Shown here piece by piece: positions 1 to 10,418 of a DNA stretch of 64,000 bases. Position 1 is the stretch's first letter. Each line of letters begins with the position of its first letter. This DNA is from an uncultured virus (IMG/VR IMGVR_UViG_3300037507_003964) (lineage: Duplodnaviria > Heunggongvirae > Uroviricota > Caudoviricetes), in IMG/VR virus record IMGVR_UViG_3300037507_003964; one strand, given 5' to 3'. Both the position numbers and the translations under genes were made by a program. The notes under the pieces were generated by a model. The model did no database searches, was not told the DNA's origin, and worked only from the letters and a program-made list of their open reading frames with translations.

Positions 1-1847
1 GCTATTCTTCCCACATTATTATTTAAAACTCTTGAGGTATCTGCATCAATAATCTTTAGCTTTCCTGTCTTTTGAGCAGTTATCGTCACTGTGCCATAAT
101 CGACACCTTCCTCTTCTGTTTGAATAGTCAATGACTTTTCTGTGGGTGTTGATACAATAGAATAATTGCCATCTAAAGCAGAACCCGTAAATACAATAGT
201 GACAGTTTCGCCGGGGGATAATCCATGAGGTGCTAAAGGTGTGTTTATTGTCACCACCTGTCCGCTTCTTCTGTAAGTCCCTGTAACCACTAAAGCTGTT
301 GCGTCTTTAACATCAATGATCTTAGACTTAATGGGAACGGTGTCAAATAACGGATTAAAATAAAAAAATGTAGTTGAAAGTGTTTCTGGCTCAATTTTGT
401 TAGCGATCTGAAAACTTTGCGTAAATGCAATTCCTGTACTAGGAGTAAATCTTTTTTCAACAATAGGTATCATACTATTACTAATAATTGAATCTTTCGC
501 AGAGTCGATGGCTGCGATTAGCCTAGAAGCAGAAAAGTCATCGCCGAATTGTGTGATATTAGTTGAAAAATAATTTTCGATTGCTGCACGAACAGCGTTC
601 TGAATATCAACCGAGCTATCATTAGTTAAATTTGGATTATACTTTACTGTGTCTTGAATAACAATAAAGAAGATTTCAGGATCTATAAAGGCGGGTGTTA
701 TACCCAGAGCACGCTTTTTCTTAATGTCTGTAACAATCTCCCCCCGGCGTGTCGCTGTGAGAGTTTGATTGGGTTTTGGAAGAATAGAAATGTAGACCTT
801 GCCATACTGCGGAGGATTATTATCTTCCCCTCCCCATACGACCGCTTTATCAATATAATTATATGTGCTCTTTAGATATCCCGAGTAATCACTAGTAGTA
901 ATCAATCTGTTTTGAGATGTAGCAGCACGAGTTGCATTGAATCTAATTTCTTCAGTAGTTTCTTCTGGTTGAGCTCCGGATGACTTTTGTGAAACTGCAA
1001 CTGTTACATCTGAATATCCTTGAATGCTGCCCGATAATGCAAATGTTTGTGACACTTTATCAGAAATATTAGCCTCTTCTCCTGAGGTCACTAAATATTC
1101 GAGAGTCACATTATTGCCTGAACTTAAACCTGCACCTATAATGCCGTCACCAAAATAAACCTCATAAAACCCCTGACTGTTCTGCTCTAAAAAGTAAATA
1201 GCAGACGACCCTGTGAGTGTACTAATATCTCCATCATATCTTGTATAGGCAAAACTTTCAGATGAACTAGAGGATGGCTGCACCGTCACTCGTAATGTGT
1301 TAGTGTCTATATTTTTATTTTGAATAACAAACTTTTCTGCAGGGCCCGGGGTCGCGCCCACTGTAAACTTATTGACAATAAATCTTCCCTCAAAAACTGT
1401 CAAGTTTTCGAAAGAATATGTAGAACCTTCAGGAGTAATTGTCGCAGGTTCAATATTGTAAAAACTATATGATTTTGAATCAATAGTTGTTGTGAACGCT
1501 GTATATCTGTCAATAACTAGGGAAGAAGGAGAACCAATAACACCATTAACTGTTATATTTAGTTTTGCACTTGCAGCTTTTACGCTTCGAGGAGTGTAGT
1601 TAAGCATCTTGGCTAGAGAGACAACTGATTCTCTCTTCACTGCGCTGTCAATAAACACCTCATTGACCGCCATGTTAAGATAGAAGGCGTTATAGTGTGT
1701 GTTATAAGCCAAGGTATCGATAAGAACAGATAAAGACGAACCCTCAAAGTCATAATCAGAAAACTCTGGCTGAGCTTTGAAGAAGTTTTTGATGTTTGTC
1801 TTAATAGCATCAAAATCTAGTTCAGTGACGCGAAGATTTGTAGACAT
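1..1847 (-). CDS. gp6: Baseplate wedge subunit gp6 (3' end runs off the window; missing from the ORF track)
   Basis: Manual translation from ATG at 1847: MSTNLRVTELDFDAIKTNIKNFFKAQPEFSDYDFEGSSLSVLIDTLAYNTHYNAFY..., the typical T4-like gp6 N-terminus; follows gp25. Confidence 0.92.
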   Translation of the reverse strand, partial: MSTNLRVTELDFDAIKTNIKNFFKAQPEFSDYDFEGSSLSVLIDTLAYNTHYNAFYLNMAVNEVFIDSAVKRESVVSLAKMLNYTPRSVKAASAKLNITVNGVIGSPSSLVIDRYTAFTTTIDSKSYSFYNIEPATITPEGSTYSFENLTVFEGRFIVNKFTVGATPGPAEKFVIQNKNIDTNTLRVTVQPSSSSSESFAYTRYDGDISTLTGSSAIYFLEQNSQGFYEVYFGDGIIGAGLSSGNNVTLEYLVTSGEEANISDKVSQTFALSGSIQGYSDVTVAVSQKSSGAQPEETTEEIRFNATRAATSQNRLITTSDYSGYLKSTYNYIDKAVVWGGEDNNPPQYGKVYISILPKPNQTLTATRRGEIVTDIKKKRALGITPAFIDPEIFFIVIQDTVKYNPNLTNDSSVDIQNAVRAAIENYFSTNITQFGDDFSASRLIAAIDSAKDSIISNSMIPIVEKRFTPSTGIAFTQSFQIANKIEPETLSTTFFYFNPLFDTVPIKSKIIDVKDATALVVTGTYRRSGQVVTINTPLAPHGLSPGETVTIVFTGSALDGNYSIVSTPTEKSLTIQTEEEGVDYGTVTITAQKTGKLKIIDADTSRVLNNNVGRI

Positions 1848-2239
1848 TACCTTGTCCTATTAAGAATCGTAGTTACTTTTACAGGATTATCTGAATTTAT
1901 CAAACGAAAGATGACCGTAATAGTTAGATCATTACTGTCTTGCGGAGATGTTACCTGAATATCGAGAATTTCTGCTCGAGGTTCATAGGCGCGTAGAATA
2001 TCTCCCACCGCTTTTCTCGCTAGCTGTATTGTTAGTGGAGTAAAGTTATCAAACAATAGATTATGTATGCCGCATCCAATCTCAGGATGAAAGGGTCTAT
2101 CAAAATTTTTTGTCTGAATAAGATTACGTATCGCACTCCTTACTGCCTCTTCATCTTGTACTTTGACGATGTCAGCAGTTGCGGGGTGAGGTGTAAAGTT
2201 AAAATTAAAGTCTGTGAAGGTGCGTGTGTTTATTGCCAT
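1847..2239 (-). CDS. gp25: Baseplate wedge subunit gp25
   Basis: AVRSAIRNLIQT..RPFHPEIG..LLF..YEPR motif; position next to gp6. Confidence 0.92.
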   Translation of the reverse strand: MAINTRTFTDFNFNFTPHPATADIVKVQDEEAVRSAIRNLIQTKNFDRPFHPEIGCGIHNLLFDNFTPLTIQLARKAVGDILRAYEPRAEILDIQVTSPQDSNDLTITVIFRLINSDNPVKVTTILNRTR

Positions 2240-2250
2240 AAAAGTATTTA

Positions 2251-2568
2251 TTAGCCTCCAGCGAAAACATTCGTTGAACCTTGCGAAATAATATCATTAT
2301 TGGTGTAGGTATCACCAATTCGCCCCATACCCTTTCCGCCAATCTTAACTGTGCTAGATGCTTTGACTAACACACCCGTATCGGTTACTGCACAAGGTCC
2401 CAAAGGATGGGGGGATATTTTATTTCCTATAACAACGATTAATTTTCCATTAGCGTAAACATTATTGCTATTTACCTCTCCTACAGAAGTTGTCCCAGGA
2501 AACCTACACTTAAATCCAAATCCGTTGGGGGATGTCACTTTATCATCTTTTCTGGCTACTGGACGCAT
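2251..2568 (-). CDS. PAAR-domain spike tip protein (gp5.4-like)
   Basis: MRPVARKDD, PHP..C, GRIGD, GSTNVFAGG motifs; downstream of gp5. Confidence 0.88.
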   Translation of the reverse strand: MRPVARKDDKVTSPNGFGFKCRFPGTTSVGEVNSNNVYANGKLIVVIGNKISPHPLGPCAVTDTGVLVKASSTVKIGGKGMGRIGDTYTNNDIISQGSTNVFAGG

Positions 2569-3872
2569 TATCTGCTCCTTACTAATGATTCAATTATACT
2601 TACAGCGTTATTGAAAGAAAAATTAACTGATTGTAAGATTGTTGGTGAGAAAAGAGTACCTCCATCAAACTCTAAATTAAAGACAATTGAAACTTCTTTT
2701 GTAGTTTGAGGGGGTAGAGAAAACTCAACCAACGCACGATAATCTTCTGTTGTGTTAAAGGGAAGTTCTTTTATCGTCCCATCTCGCATTACAAACTTAT
2801 ATGAGGAATCCCCCAAAGCTCCCGTATAAGATCCTGAAACTACAAACTCACTCGAGGATAGTTTAGTGACGGTTATGCCTATGTTACTTAAGTCAGAAAC
2901 ACAGTTCCCGTTTATAGAAACCAAATTGGATCCCGGGTTACCTAGGTCTTCATAAAAGAAAGACAACTTTATACTAAACGGTGTTCTTTCATAAACACCT
3001 GGCATATAAAAAGGAGGATCATATGATATAATAGCGTTAGGAAGCAAAACATTAGAAACTAGTGTCTTTGTGTTAGAAGCCAAATAATCCATCAATAAAA
3101 GTATGTTTGAATAATGTACATTCGATGCGTTAATCAACCCATTTCTATATGACACCATCAAATTTGCATCAGTCCCTAATCTATTCCTTTCTCCACTTAA
3201 AAAGGTGCTACCTGTAATATCACCATAAAGATAATTAGTTTGTACAGCTTGTTGCAAGAAAGCACCCATGGGTCCGCTGGGAGTTAGCCCAACAGACAAT
3301 CTAGAAAATTCATTTGTTAAATCTGTTGATCCTTTAAGGGTATAATGATTTGTACCATCAAAGTATGCAGAACTATTAGCAATATTTCCGCCAACCTGAA
3401 CATTTGATAAAAGTTGTACATTTCCTGACTCTACGATAGGCTTTATGATATAATAGACAACATGCTGGTTTTTTAGTTCGCCGTTAGATCTTCGTTCTAC
3501 ACCTTGTATAATTTGACTTTGATCCAAATTATCTGCACTTGTAATTGATCGACGACCTAATACAGCGGAAGTATCAATTACAAAAGAATGGGTAATATCC
3601 CCCCGATGAAGTATATTAGCGAAAGATGACGGGTTAACACTTCTTAGTTTTTTATTCGTATTTGGTTGCTGTAAAAGGCTTACAATAGTGGCTTCTCTTT
3701 CAGACATCGTTGTAGTCGAAGTCGGAGTTCCATTAGCTGCATATTCAAAAAGAATTCCTATATTCTCAGGAATATTATAGATAAAGGTAGGATTTACTGC
3801 CTCAGATGCTTCATCACCTATAGCAGGTGAAGGAAAGCCAACTAAATCTGTTTTAATAACCGTTAAAGCCAT
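2568..3872 (-). CDS. Hypothetical baseplate-associated protein
   Basis: 434-aa ORF translationally coupled between gp5 and the PAAR gene; no recognisable motif. Confidence 0.6.
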   Translation of the reverse strand: MALTVIKTDLVGFPSPAIGDEASEAVNPTFIYNIPENIGILFEYAANGTPTSTTTMSEREATIVSLLQQPNTNKKLRSVNPSSFANILHRGDITHSFVIDTSAVLGRRSITSADNLDQSQIIQGVERRSNGELKNQHVVYYIIKPIVESGNVQLLSNVQVGGNIANSSAYFDGTNHYTLKGSTDLTNEFSRLSVGLTPSGPMGAFLQQAVQTNYLYGDITGSTFLSGERNRLGTDANLMVSYRNGLINASNVHYSNILLLMDYLASNTKTLVSNVLLPNAIISYDPPFYMPGVYERTPFSIKLSFFYEDLGNPGSNLVSINGNCVSDLSNIGITVTKLSSSEFVVSGSYTGALGDSSYKFVMRDGTIKELPFNTTEDYRALVEFSLPPQTTKEVSIVFNLEFDGGTLFSPTILQSVNFSFNNAVSIIESLVRSR

Positions 3873-6304
3873 TATGCAAGGTTCACAAATTTGTTTCTGG
3901 CGTACACTTTATGGTCTTTAAAGGTCGCTGTGGCTAAAGGATGCCGTTGACCTGTCTTATCAAAGGCAATATGGATCCACGGATTTCTTGCTCCGCCCCC
4001 ATACTCAAGCAGCAACTGCTTATACGGCACATTATCTGCTATCCATTTAATGATCTCAAAGTATTGCGATGGTTGCACAGAAGGAAACTGAATATCAGCT
4101 GCCATACCAGCACCGTGATCAGACACATTAGTGCGTGCGGCTTTATCTAATCTAAATGCATTAGTGACAATCATATCTGGGTATTTTGTCTTAATCTTAT
4201 CTAGACAGTTAACTGCTAAGTTCTTAAGATTGCAAACGATTTGTCCTTGAGTCAAACCTCTTTGTGCTGTAACCTTTTCTTTGACAACTGCAGATCTTGA
4301 TGATAGCTGACCGAGATTAAAAAACTTAGATAGTTGCAGATTGTCAGGAAATACGGTGGTATTAGCAAACTCGCCGCAATCACATTCTGTAGGATCGATC
4401 TGATTATCGAGAGGCTCTGCAGATTCACCCTCAGAGGGTGTAGTTTCCACAATATCTCCATTCTCGACTTGCCTTTGATGTATTTCTTCTGCTCCAGGTT
4501 CACCTGCATCAAGATCAAAAGCATCCTGATTAGTATCAGGTCTTTGTAGAGGATTTACATCAGTCTCTTCTATTTCAAGTGTGTCGGGAGCTGCCCCAAG
4601 ACCATTCGCTGATGCAATACCTGAATTGAAGTTGATCTCACCTCCATCTATCGCCGTGCCACCATCCGCTGCTATTTCAACCATTCCTGCAGCAGTGAAG
4701 TTAACTGAGTCTGCTTTAACATTAAAGGCGCCGCCGGTGATTATATTAGTATCCCCCGCAACATTTAAGTTTAGATTATTGTTAACCGTTGCATTAACAT
4801 CACCATAAACCTGCAAGTCGACTTTATTCTTGACTAGAATTTGTGTAGCACCTTCGACGGTTAACTTGTATGCACCTCGAGTATACAAATAGTTATTGTG
4901 CTCAATTAACTCAAAGTTGTCACCCATAGTTTTTCTAACCATGGTTCCGTTTACGTCTATCTCTATGTAGGTTCCTGCCTTATGATAAACATGAATTCTT
5001 TCTTGGCCAGGTGTGCTATCAAATTCTACCAGGTGGCCACCTTCGGTTTCAAAGGTTTGATTAAATGGATACTTAGCATTATAAGCGGGTTGCGGTTCAT
5101 CCCAAGGATCACCTGTAACTATAGGGACATCTTCTCTAATGCTATTGCGTCTCTTTTGAATAGGTGTTTTGTCAATCTCACCCGCTGCAAGTTTATTGGT
5201 ATCGGGATGATCGGTGTAAGTACATTTTGGAAATTCATTATTGGGATCGGCAAATGGGCGAGGTTGTAAGTCTCCTATATTATTAAGAGAACCTGCAGGA
5301 TCAACATTAGCAGGTATTGCAGACTCAGCAGCGTTTTGTAGAGGCACGCTTGGACCTACAGCCAACGCCCCCACTTCATAATATGTTCTTCCTGTGACTC
5401 CGTTACCGTCTTTATTATCTCTTCCCGCTGCAAAGGATGATGCCCCTCCCGCACCTAAAAGATGTGAAACACTTAATAAACCTGCGACTTTTCCTGGATC
5501 ATCGTTAGATGTTAAAATTCCTTTTCGTTTCAAAACACCATAGTTGAACTTAAGATTTTCAACCATGATAGTCTCTTGTTTCTTACCATTATTAATAAAG
5601 TCGGCTTTTGACTTTAATGCATTCTTTCCTGTCCAATTAGCAGGATTATCCAAAATATCATTAGTTAGTTTTTGATTGTTTCCTACCTTAATATAACCCA
5701 GAGTGGCTAACGCCATCGCACCAAATTGATACTTTCCAACATAACCTAATCTATTTTGAGCATCGTAGTTTTGTTTTCCTCCGGGAATAGAACTTGATTC
5801 TTTTTTCCCAATAGCATTCATTAAACTTTGAACTTGCTCGGGTGTTAGTGGGGGAAGATCGCTTAATCCTTCTTCTACAGCAGGTGTGTCTGATAATATA
5901 GGATTACCTGATCCATCCAGAATAGGACTGCCATCGGATGCTCGTACCACATTGGGAGGATTTGACGCTTGCTGCACTTGAGCAGTTTCACATTTCGGAA
6001 GAGGTGCAGGATTACCGCCAAGTGTACCCATAACCATGGGTTGTTGCATATCATCGCCATCAAGGAAGAATCCCACACACCAGGATCCTGTCATTAATCC
6101 TACGGGGGCTGTTCCTATTCCTGAAATAGCTGCAGAAGTCGTGGGTTGCAATACCATTGCCCAAGGAAGATCTTCTATAGGAAGAATCGAAAGATTGTCG
6201 GTATGGTATCCTATGATCCTCACACGAACACGACCTAGTTTCTCAGGATCGTTTCGATCCTCTACTACACCTACCCACCAATTGAAAGGTTGCTTTAATA
6301 TCAT
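3872..6304 (-). CDS. gp5: Baseplate hub/spike gp5 with lysozyme-like domain and C-terminal peptidase M15-like domain
   Basis: N-terminal OB fold (WWVGVVEDRNDPEKLGRVRVRIIGYH); middle KKESS..YVGKYQFG..SHLLGAGGA; YPFNQTFETEGGH beta-helix; C-terminal SDH....AADI..WIHI. Confidence 0.9.
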   Translation of the reverse strand: MILKQPFNWWVGVVEDRNDPEKLGRVRVRIIGYHTDNLSILPIEDLPWAMVLQPTTSAAISGIGTAPVGLMTGSWCVGFFLDGDDMQQPMVMGTLGGNPAPLPKCETAQVQQASNPPNVVRASDGSPILDGSGNPILSDTPAVEEGLSDLPPLTPEQVQSLMNAIGKKESSSIPGGKQNYDAQNRLGYVGKYQFGAMALATLGYIKVGNNQKLTNDILDNPANWTGKNALKSKADFINNGKKQETIMVENLKFNYGVLKRKGILTSNDDPGKVAGLLSVSHLLGAGGASSFAAGRDNKDGNGVTGRTYYEVGALAVGPSVPLQNAAESAIPANVDPAGSLNNIGDLQPRPFADPNNEFPKCTYTDHPDTNKLAAGEIDKTPIQKRRNSIREDVPIVTGDPWDEPQPAYNAKYPFNQTFETEGGHLVEFDSTPGQERIHVYHKAGTYIEIDVNGTMVRKTMGDNFELIEHNNYLYTRGAYKLTVEGATQILVKNKVDLQVYGDVNATVNNNLNLNVAGDTNIITGGAFNVKADSVNFTAAGMVEIAADGGTAIDGGEINFNSGIASANGLGAAPDTLEIEETDVNPLQRPDTNQDAFDLDAGEPGAEEIHQRQVENGDIVETTPSEGESAEPLDNQIDPTECDCGEFANTTVFPDNLQLSKFFNLGQLSSRSAVVKEKVTAQRGLTQGQIVCNLKNLAVNCLDKIKTKYPDMIVTNAFRLDKAARTNVSDHGAGMAADIQFPSVQPSQYFEIIKWIADNVPYKQLLLEYGGGARNPWIHIAFDKTGQRHPLATATFKDHKVYARNKFVNLA

Positions 6305-7626
6305 TGTCTTGCTGCCAAAGAGTCTTTAATTAATTCCATGACCATCACATGGGTTCTATAGTTTATTTTATGTCTTATCGCACTTACAAGATAAATTCCT
6401 GAGTATAATTGATCTTGTCCTTTATCTGAAACAGCTCCTTTAGGGCTAGTTTCGGGGTAAACAAACTGAACTAAACAACCCGCGAACATATCACTTCTAC
6501 CATGAACAGTTAAATTAATCTTAAAGTTATTCAGTTCGTTTAACTTTGTTGTTCTATTGCCAAATATGTCTTTTACTCTAGTGGGGTAGTTATCTTGTAC
6601 ATCAGAAAACAACTTTGAGTTAGCAGGATATATCTTTGTATAAGTAGACGGATTCCTGTAAGCGTTCAGAGAGAAGTTTGGTACACTAAGATTACCCTCA
6701 GTATGTTTGAATGTGTCATAGCTAGAAGGGTAATCAAATTCTTTGGTTTCATACGCTTTTGTCACAGGATCGTATGCAATTACCTTATTTGCATAAAACC
6801 CATTAGTTGAGTTATTAAGATTATCAACTAAACTTACAACCTCAAAGCTCTGCGCCAAGAATAATTTTTGAAATAAATCATTTGAGTCAAGGGTACCCGT
6901 AGGCACATAAAAATATGAGCCTGCAATTTTATTGCTGTTTTCTGAATCACGTAAGATATCTTCTATACTACCAAAGAAGAATCCTTTTGTACTCTCCCAA
7001 AATAGATAGTCACATGCATTTCCCTCTTGTGGAATAGCTTTTGAGCATAACCAATTCAAACATTTTGAGGGTGACCAGCCCGGGCTAATAAACTTAATTT
7101 TATTCTGTGTTTCAGTAAACAGAAAAGGTGTTTGTGTTTCTTCATCAGGAATAATGTCATCCTCTACAAACTTAACATAGCTTGAGGTTGCAAGATATGA
7201 TGTATAGATTCTTTGCGCCACATCTGATACTAAACCTGAATAAGGTTCAAAGATAGACAAGTTAGAATCATATATTCCTTCAAGGGACATAAAGTGTATA
7301 ATATATGTTTGAGTACTATTGTCTGTAATCGTCTTTTGATCTGTTACAGAATAAACCTTAAAATACTTTCTGAAATATGAATTCAGTTGTGGAGTTCCAA
7401 AACTCATGACAAGAAACTCTTCTCCAATTATGGGAAGTCTAGATAATAAGTTGTTTGAGTCAGATAGCATGATCTGACCATGTAAAAAGTTTGAGAAGAT
7501 ATCTTCGTAAAGATTCAGCTCAATTAAATAGTCATTGAGGTCAACTACGATTCCGTTTGATGATATTAATTTTAAGTATTCAAGATCTACCTGACCTGGG
7601 TAGGTTAATTTTACCATACTATCCAT
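6301..7626 (-). CDS. Probable baseplate hub protein (gp27-like)
   Basis: LYEDIFSNFLHG, YLFWES, YSGIYLVSAIRH motifs of hub proteins; lies between gp53 and gp5. Confidence 0.7.
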   Translation of the reverse strand: MDSMVKLTYPGQVDLEYLKLISSNGIVVDLNDYLIELNLYEDIFSNFLHGQIMLSDSNNLLSRLPIIGEEFLVMSFGTPQLNSYFRKYFKVYSVTDQKTITDNSTQTYIIHFMSLEGIYDSNLSIFEPYSGLVSDVAQRIYTSYLATSSYVKFVEDDIIPDEETQTPFLFTETQNKIKFISPGWSPSKCLNWLCSKAIPQEGNACDYLFWESTKGFFFGSIEDILRDSENSNKIAGSYFYVPTGTLDSNDLFQKLFLAQSFEVVSLVDNLNNSTNGFYANKVIAYDPVTKAYETKEFDYPSSYDTFKHTEGNLSVPNFSLNAYRNPSTYTKIYPANSKLFSDVQDNYPTRVKDIFGNRTTKLNELNNFKINLTVHGRSDMFAGCLVQFVYPETSPKGAVSDKGQDQLYSGIYLVSAIRHKINYRTHVMVMELIKDSLAARQ

Positions 7627-8185
7627 TGATTAACGCCTCAAACTCAGAAACGAAAGCTGATAAAAGTTTAGGTCTCAAAACTCTAATAGTTCGTTTTTCT
7701 TCATTAAGTTTGCTTTCATACGCTAAATTAGTGATAGGATAGGCGCTAGGGTATGTCAATTCTGTTCCAACAACAATACCTGTACCAAACTCATCAACCT
7801 CCCTGTTAATAGTCAGTTGTGTGCTGTCTACCACTGTATCATCATCTGCTGACAGTGTGTGATATTTTACCCCCGATATATTTCCGCTATATTTTGTGTC
7901 TACGAAATCAAACAATTGTGTGTCAGTTAAAGGCCAATCATATCGAGGATCAATAATATCATTTAGCAACATGACCACCCAATGGTATTGGGGGTCGCCA
8001 TACAACTTAAATGATACCGACTCTGGCGTCTCTCCATCTTGAATAGTGTATTCCTCATAGATGGCATAGTTCTCTTTAGTTTGTTGATTAACTGATACTC
8101 TACGAAGTATATCAGAAACAACCTTAAATGTTCTCCCCGAGTCTACAGAATAAGGTATTAGGGGTAGTTTAGAAAAATATGTCAT
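7619..8185 (-). CDS. gp53: Baseplate wedge subunit gp53
   Basis: MTYFSKLP start, YTIQDGETPE..LYGDPQYHWVVMLLNDIIDPRYDWPL motif; start reassigned to 8185. Confidence 0.92.
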   Translation of the reverse strand: MTYFSKLPLIPYSVDSGRTFKVVSDILRRVSVNQQTKENYAIYEEYTIQDGETPESVSFKLYGDPQYHWVVMLLNDIIDPRYDWPLTDTQLFDFVDTKYSGNISGVKYHTLSADDDTVVDSTQLTINREVDEFGTGIVVGTELTYPSAYPITNLAYESKLNEEKRTIRVLRPKLLSAFVSEFEALING

Positions 8186-8186
8186 A

Positions 8187-9359
8187 TCAATAACCCTTAA
8201 CAATTCTCTCTTTAGTTAGAAGTTCAATTTCTTTGAAAGTAAGACTCAAAATAATTTCTGTAGGTGCACCGTCATCAAAAGAAGAGAAAAACTGACTCCC
8301 GTAATCTACTTGCATATCAGTTAAAACACATGTGCTAATTTTATGCAGAAATGTGTTTTCTTCACCTCTAAAGTAGTATTGCATTTCAAACTCAGAAGGA
8401 TACACATAAAACAAACCCCCATCCGATAATTCGGGATGCATATGAAACTTAAACAGGTCAATTATTCTTCGTACATTATGAACTTCAGATTCGCTTTTGG
8501 GAAGAAAGGTATACTTAAAGGAAAATGTTCGAAAGTCAATAGCTTCAAACATTACTTCTTTAAACGGGTTGGTGGCGACTTTTGCCGCTAACTTAATACC
8601 TTGTGTTGCAACTTCTCCCAATTTTAATCCTGCAGAACTTGCAATACTGCCAATAGAGGCCAATCCTGCGAGCGCCGCCTCTTGCATCCTTCCCCCCATA
8701 GATGTTTCTATAGCAGATGATCCACCCAATATACCTGCAAGCATTCCGAAATCAAAGTCTTTATATTTTACTGAATATTTCACGGAGGGTATAGAGTCGA
8801 TAGGAAGCATAATCGCATCAGTGACTCGCATGGGTTCTGAAATTGAAAAGGTATCTGACATTTGCTGCAGACCTGCTATAACAGCCCCAGCACCTGCACC
8901 GCCGGCAGCCCCCAAGGCAAATGCAGCGGTTTTAGATGCTCTTTCAATGGCGATTTGTAATTTATTTGCAGTTGCACCTCCAAGTTTTCCTATAAACTTA
9001 CCCGCAGCAGCTGTTGCTGCACCTGCAGCAGCTCCTGCAGCTATAGCTGTACCAACCTGCCCGGTATTTGCTAAAGTGCTTGATGCTAAACGATTTTGCC
9101 CTGCACTACTTACATCAACATCTACTATGTTTTGTTGCTTAAATTTTGTTTTTCCTCTAGCATTGATGTAGAAAACAATAAAGTGCTGTAAATCTGCTCT
9201 TGAAGAAATGTCCTCAGGGTATGACAAGTCTTTGATAGCGTAAGGACCCGCCGATGACTGTGAAATTGATTTTGGGTTACGATTCTCTTCACCTGCAAAC
9301 TTACCCATCGTTTGCTGTGTATTAAACTGATCGAGAATTCGGTTACTATTGGTTGCCAT
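8187..9359 (-). CDS. gp48: Baseplate tail-tube cap gp48
   Basis: NPFKEVMFEAIDFRTFSFKYTFLPKSESE, YPSEFEMQY, CVLTDMQVDY motifs. Confidence 0.88.
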   Translation of the reverse strand: MATNSNRILDQFNTQQTMGKFAGEENRNPKSISQSSAGPYAIKDLSYPEDISSRADLQHFIVFYINARGKTKFKQQNIVDVDVSSAGQNRLASSTLANTGQVGTAIAAGAAAGAATAAAGKFIGKLGGATANKLQIAIERASKTAAFALGAAGGAGAGAVIAGLQQMSDTFSISEPMRVTDAIMLPIDSIPSVKYSVKYKDFDFGMLAGILGGSSAIETSMGGRMQEAALAGLASIGSIASSAGLKLGEVATQGIKLAAKVATNPFKEVMFEAIDFRTFSFKYTFLPKSESEVHNVRRIIDLFKFHMHPELSDGGLFYVYPSEFEMQYYFRGEENTFLHKISTCVLTDMQVDYGSQFFSSFDDGAPTEIILSLTFKEIELLTKERIVKGY

Positions 9360-9364
9360 GGCGT

Positions 9365-9372
9365 TATAAATA
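9365..9372 (+). promoter_or_regulatory. T4-type late promoter TATAAATA
   Basis: Exact consensus 25 nt upstream of gp4; a divergent AATAAATA variant on the - strand at 9389-9396 faces gp48. Confidence 0.8.
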
Positions 9373-9397
9373 TTTGGTGTAGATTACTTATTTATTC

Positions 9398-9865
9398 ATG
9401 TACCAAGAGACATACAAAGGTAAATATCGAGTTAAAAATCCTGCTAAGTATCGAGGTGACTATCACAATGTCATATATCGGAGTAGCTGGGAGCTTAAAC
9501 TTATGAATTGGTGTGACACAACTCCCGCAGTTCTTGAGTGGGGATCGGAAGTCGCAGTTATTCCTTATGTGTCTCCTGTAGATAAAAAGGTGCATCGTTA
9601 CTTTGTTGACTTCTATATGAAGATTCAAGACAAAAACGGTAGGGTAGAGAAGTATTTGGTTGAAGTAAAACCTAAAAAGTTCACACAAGAACCGGTTAAA
9701 CCTAAGAGGGTTACCAAACAGTTCCTGGAAGAGGTGTTTACTTACGGGGTTAACCAAGCGAAATGGAAGGCAGCGAAGGAATTTTGTGAAGATAGGCAGT
9801 GGAAGTTTGTTGTTTTAACCGAGGATGAGCTAAATATCAATGGCTACAGCAAGAAATCCGTTTGA
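9398..9865 (+). CDS. gp4: Head completion nuclease gp4
   Basis: YKGKY..KNPAKYRGD...IYRSSWE, RYFVDF, EVKP motifs. Confidence 0.95.
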   Translation: MYQETYKGKYRVKNPAKYRGDYHNVIYRSSWELKLMNWCDTTPAVLEWGSEVAVIPYVSPVDKKVHRYFVDFYMKIQDKNGRVEKYLVEVKPKKFTQEPVKPKRVTKQFLEEVFTYGVNQAKWKAAKEFCEDRQWKFVVLTEDELNINGYSKKSV

Positions 9866-10418
9866 AAATTTACGTTTCACCGGCAAAGATCAAGAGGCAT
9901 CGGTGAATTGGTATCGTGAGCGCATTAAAGACCTAGGCACGGCACCATTCAAACCCACTAATCTTATGTCTAACGATGATTTACTAGTGAATAGAATCGT
10001 TCCTGGGCAGCTTTATTTGTATTATTACGATCCCAAAACAAAAGAAACTCTCCCTTACTATGATACATTCCCCTTGGTGTATCCATATAAACGAATACAG
10101 GGAGGGTTTATGGGGTATAATCTTCATTATCTGCCCCCCGTTTTAAGGTTTAAAGTCATGGGCACCTTGTTAAATATACAAACTTATGGTACACGCGAGG
10201 AAAAGAAGATACTTTATTCTTATGGTGTTCTAAATGCAAATGAAGTGGATAAGTATTACTCCCCTTGTATCAGAAGGTATCTCACATCACAAGTGCGTTC
10301 AAGGTTTTTGAGGATACCTGCACAGGATTGGTTATCGGCTGCTGTACTTCCAACAGAAAGATTTGCAAAAGCTAGTGCAGCAAAAATCTGGAAAGAATCA
10401 CTGGATAAAATAAAATGA
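9840..10418 (+). CDS. gp2: DNA end protector gp2
   Basis: YDPKTKETLPYYDTFPLV, GYNLHYLPP motifs. Confidence 0.93.
   Translation: MATARNPFENLRFTGKDQEASVNWYRERIKDLGTAPFKPTNLMSNDDLLVNRIVPGQLYLYYYDPKTKETLPYYDTFPLVYPYKRIQGGFMGYNLHYLPPVLRFKVMGTLLNIQTYGTREEKKILYSYGVLNANEVDKYYSPCIRRYLTSQVRSRFLRIPAQDWLSAAVLPTERFAKASAAKIWKESLDKIK

Noticed and set aside
8497..9171. 224-aa + strand ORF (also 11898-12578, 28266-28748, 51185-51658 and many shorter ones)
   Set aside because: Antisense shadows of well-supported genes, with no RBS or motif support
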